Shown here one piece after another: positions 62,717 through 64,000 of a stretch of 64,000 nucleotides of DNA. Below the pieces are notes generated by a model. It was not told where the DNA came from. It did not search any database and worked only from the letters and a program-made list of their open reading frames with translations. Source of the DNA: Takakia lepidozioides (Eukaryota; Plantae; Bryophyta). The stretch's first letter is position 1; every line of letters begins with the position of its first letter. The stretch covers positions 60,140,001 through 60,204,000 of the forward strand of contig CM060734.1 in NCBI GenBank assembly GCA_030704615.1, in the 5' to 3' direction. Position numbers and translations under genes: made by a program.

Positions 62717-63412
62717 TTAATGTGGCAATAACCAAAACTCTCTTCTGTAGTATCTCTCGTATATGCCTGGGTTTCTTTCAAGCTTCAATGCACCCTTGGC
62801 TATACTAGAAGTCTCCGTTACCATATAACCATATGGCAAACAAGTCTGGAAAGCTGTTCTTGGTGTGAGTTTGATCCACAGAATATCCTTTGGAATCCAA
62901 TTTTTTACTAGAACAAGCTCCTCATGCATATGAGTATAAACATTCACCTTCATTTCCTCCCAGCTTTCAAACTCTACTCGCTTAATGGATAGCAATGCTA
63001 TCACATAAACTAGTGTTGGTAACCAACGTGCTCTTCCTCTACAGGCCACCTGATAAATCTTTATCACTCCTTTCTCCAGACCCCACTCAGGGTCAGCATC
63101 ATGCACTCTCTTAAGAATGTTTTCTTTACAACTGACTGACAATTCCAAGAACCTCTGAAAAAATTGTTTGGACAATCTTTTCTTCTCTGTTCCACAGGGA
63201 ATTTGATTCATATCAAATTCTTTAATTCTCCAACCACCATGATCCCACCAGATGTCTGTCACATCTGGCTGTTCATGACCCAGTTCCCCAGTATGGTCGC
63301 CAAATGTCAAGCGGCTTTTACTCACCCATCCCTTCGCTATCCGAGGTGGAAACTCCAAGATAGAAGAGTTGGATATCTCTAAGCACTCAGCCCGCTCAGT
63401 ACAATCAGTCAT
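62717..63412 (-). CDS. Gypsy family A ORF0 (231 aa)
   Basis: Intact paralogue of 12342-13037. Confidence 0.6.
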   Translation of the reverse strand: MTDCTERAECLEISNSSILEFPPRIAKGWVSKSRLTFGDHTGELGHEQPDVTDIWWDHGGWRIKEFDMNQIPCGTEKKRLSKQFFQRFLELSVSCKENILKRVHDADPEWGLEKGVIKIYQVACRGRARWLPTLVYVIALLSIKRVEFESWEEMKVNVYTHMHEELVLVKNWIPKDILWIKLTPRTAFQTCLPYGYMVTETSSIAKGALKLERNPGIYERYYRREFWLLPH

Positions 63413-64000
63413 GACCTGCAGCTAGTGAATCATGGTTGTGCTTCCCATTTGTATTCCTTCTTGCCTTCATGTTATCAATTTACCTTATCTGATACTGAAG
63501 CATCAGATTGCTTCATTATCTACTTAGTTCCAGTTAATCATGCATTCATTTCACAGCTTCACTCATGTCTCTCTACACAGTGTGCTTGTATCGAATAAGT
63601 ATCAGATTATGATTTATCAGGTACCGGGCCAATGTCAAGGTGACTCTAATCTGCCCTATAGTATCACTACAGCTCTGCATGTGATAAGTATCTACTGTTC
63701 ATCTTTCCTCCTTCTCCGTGCTCTCATTCTTGCTCTCCGCCTGATGTACTCTCATGCATAACCAAGAAGCGCTCCCCGTGAAGTCATCCCTTTCCCGTTG
63801 CCGCTCTCCTAATCTATCCGCAAGCTGTTCTAACCACCTAACTAACTAACCGCCACCCCTGAACTAACACGTTCCCTCTGCAGATGTCATTCCCTCACAG
63901 TTGTTCCCTGTCAATGATAACTTTTCCCCATGTACGGTGACAGGCTATGTCAAGTTGTGCCGAGCTGTGACTGGCTTTATAAAGCTTTGTCGGGCTGTGA

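Larger units (their letters stand above)
55305..64000 (-). mobile_element. Ty3/Gypsy family A copy 3 (Athila/Tat-like): 5' LTR 63305->64000, PBS 63285-63302, ORF0, deleted gag-pol, RH, INT, extra 3' ORF, PPT, 3' LTR 55305-56178
   Basis: PPT GAGAGGGGGAGGGG at 56181-56194; RH HCDASG/NYSTTERE; INT WGLDFVGP, SDQGSHF, GQAE, GPY. Confidence 0.92.

Overview
Eukaryotic, most likely seed-free land-plant nuclear DNA (spliceosomal introns, TTTAGGG telomere motif, plastid-division MinE). A small host-gene island at ~15-33 kb holds a subtilase pseudogene, MinE, an SBT2-like subtilase and a DMP/DUF679 gene. The left transposon block holds a decayed pogo-like transposase, two divergent head-to-head endonuclease-deficient Penelope-like retroelements (PLEs), a chromodomain-bearing fragment and a truncated Ty3/Gypsy. 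In the PLEs I can read telomeric-repeat junctions, a -1 frameshift signal (slippery heptamer plus hairpin) conserved in both families, a minimal hammerhead ribozyme, and a plant snRNA-type USE+TATA promoter just upstream of that ribozyme. The same promoter recurs at ~35.0 kb ahead of an unannotated structured RNA/SINE-like unit, and in degenerate form at ~22.5 kb. The right block holds a Ty3/Gypsy element whose polyprotein carries a C5 cytosine methyltransferase between protease and RT and a PHD finger after integrase, ending in an unusual A-B-A terminal repeat. It also holds nested copies of an Athila/Tat-like Gypsy family with an extra 231-aa ORF that starts in the LTR and a ~1,270-codon extra 3' ORF. 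All calls come from motif reading by eye; no searches were run.
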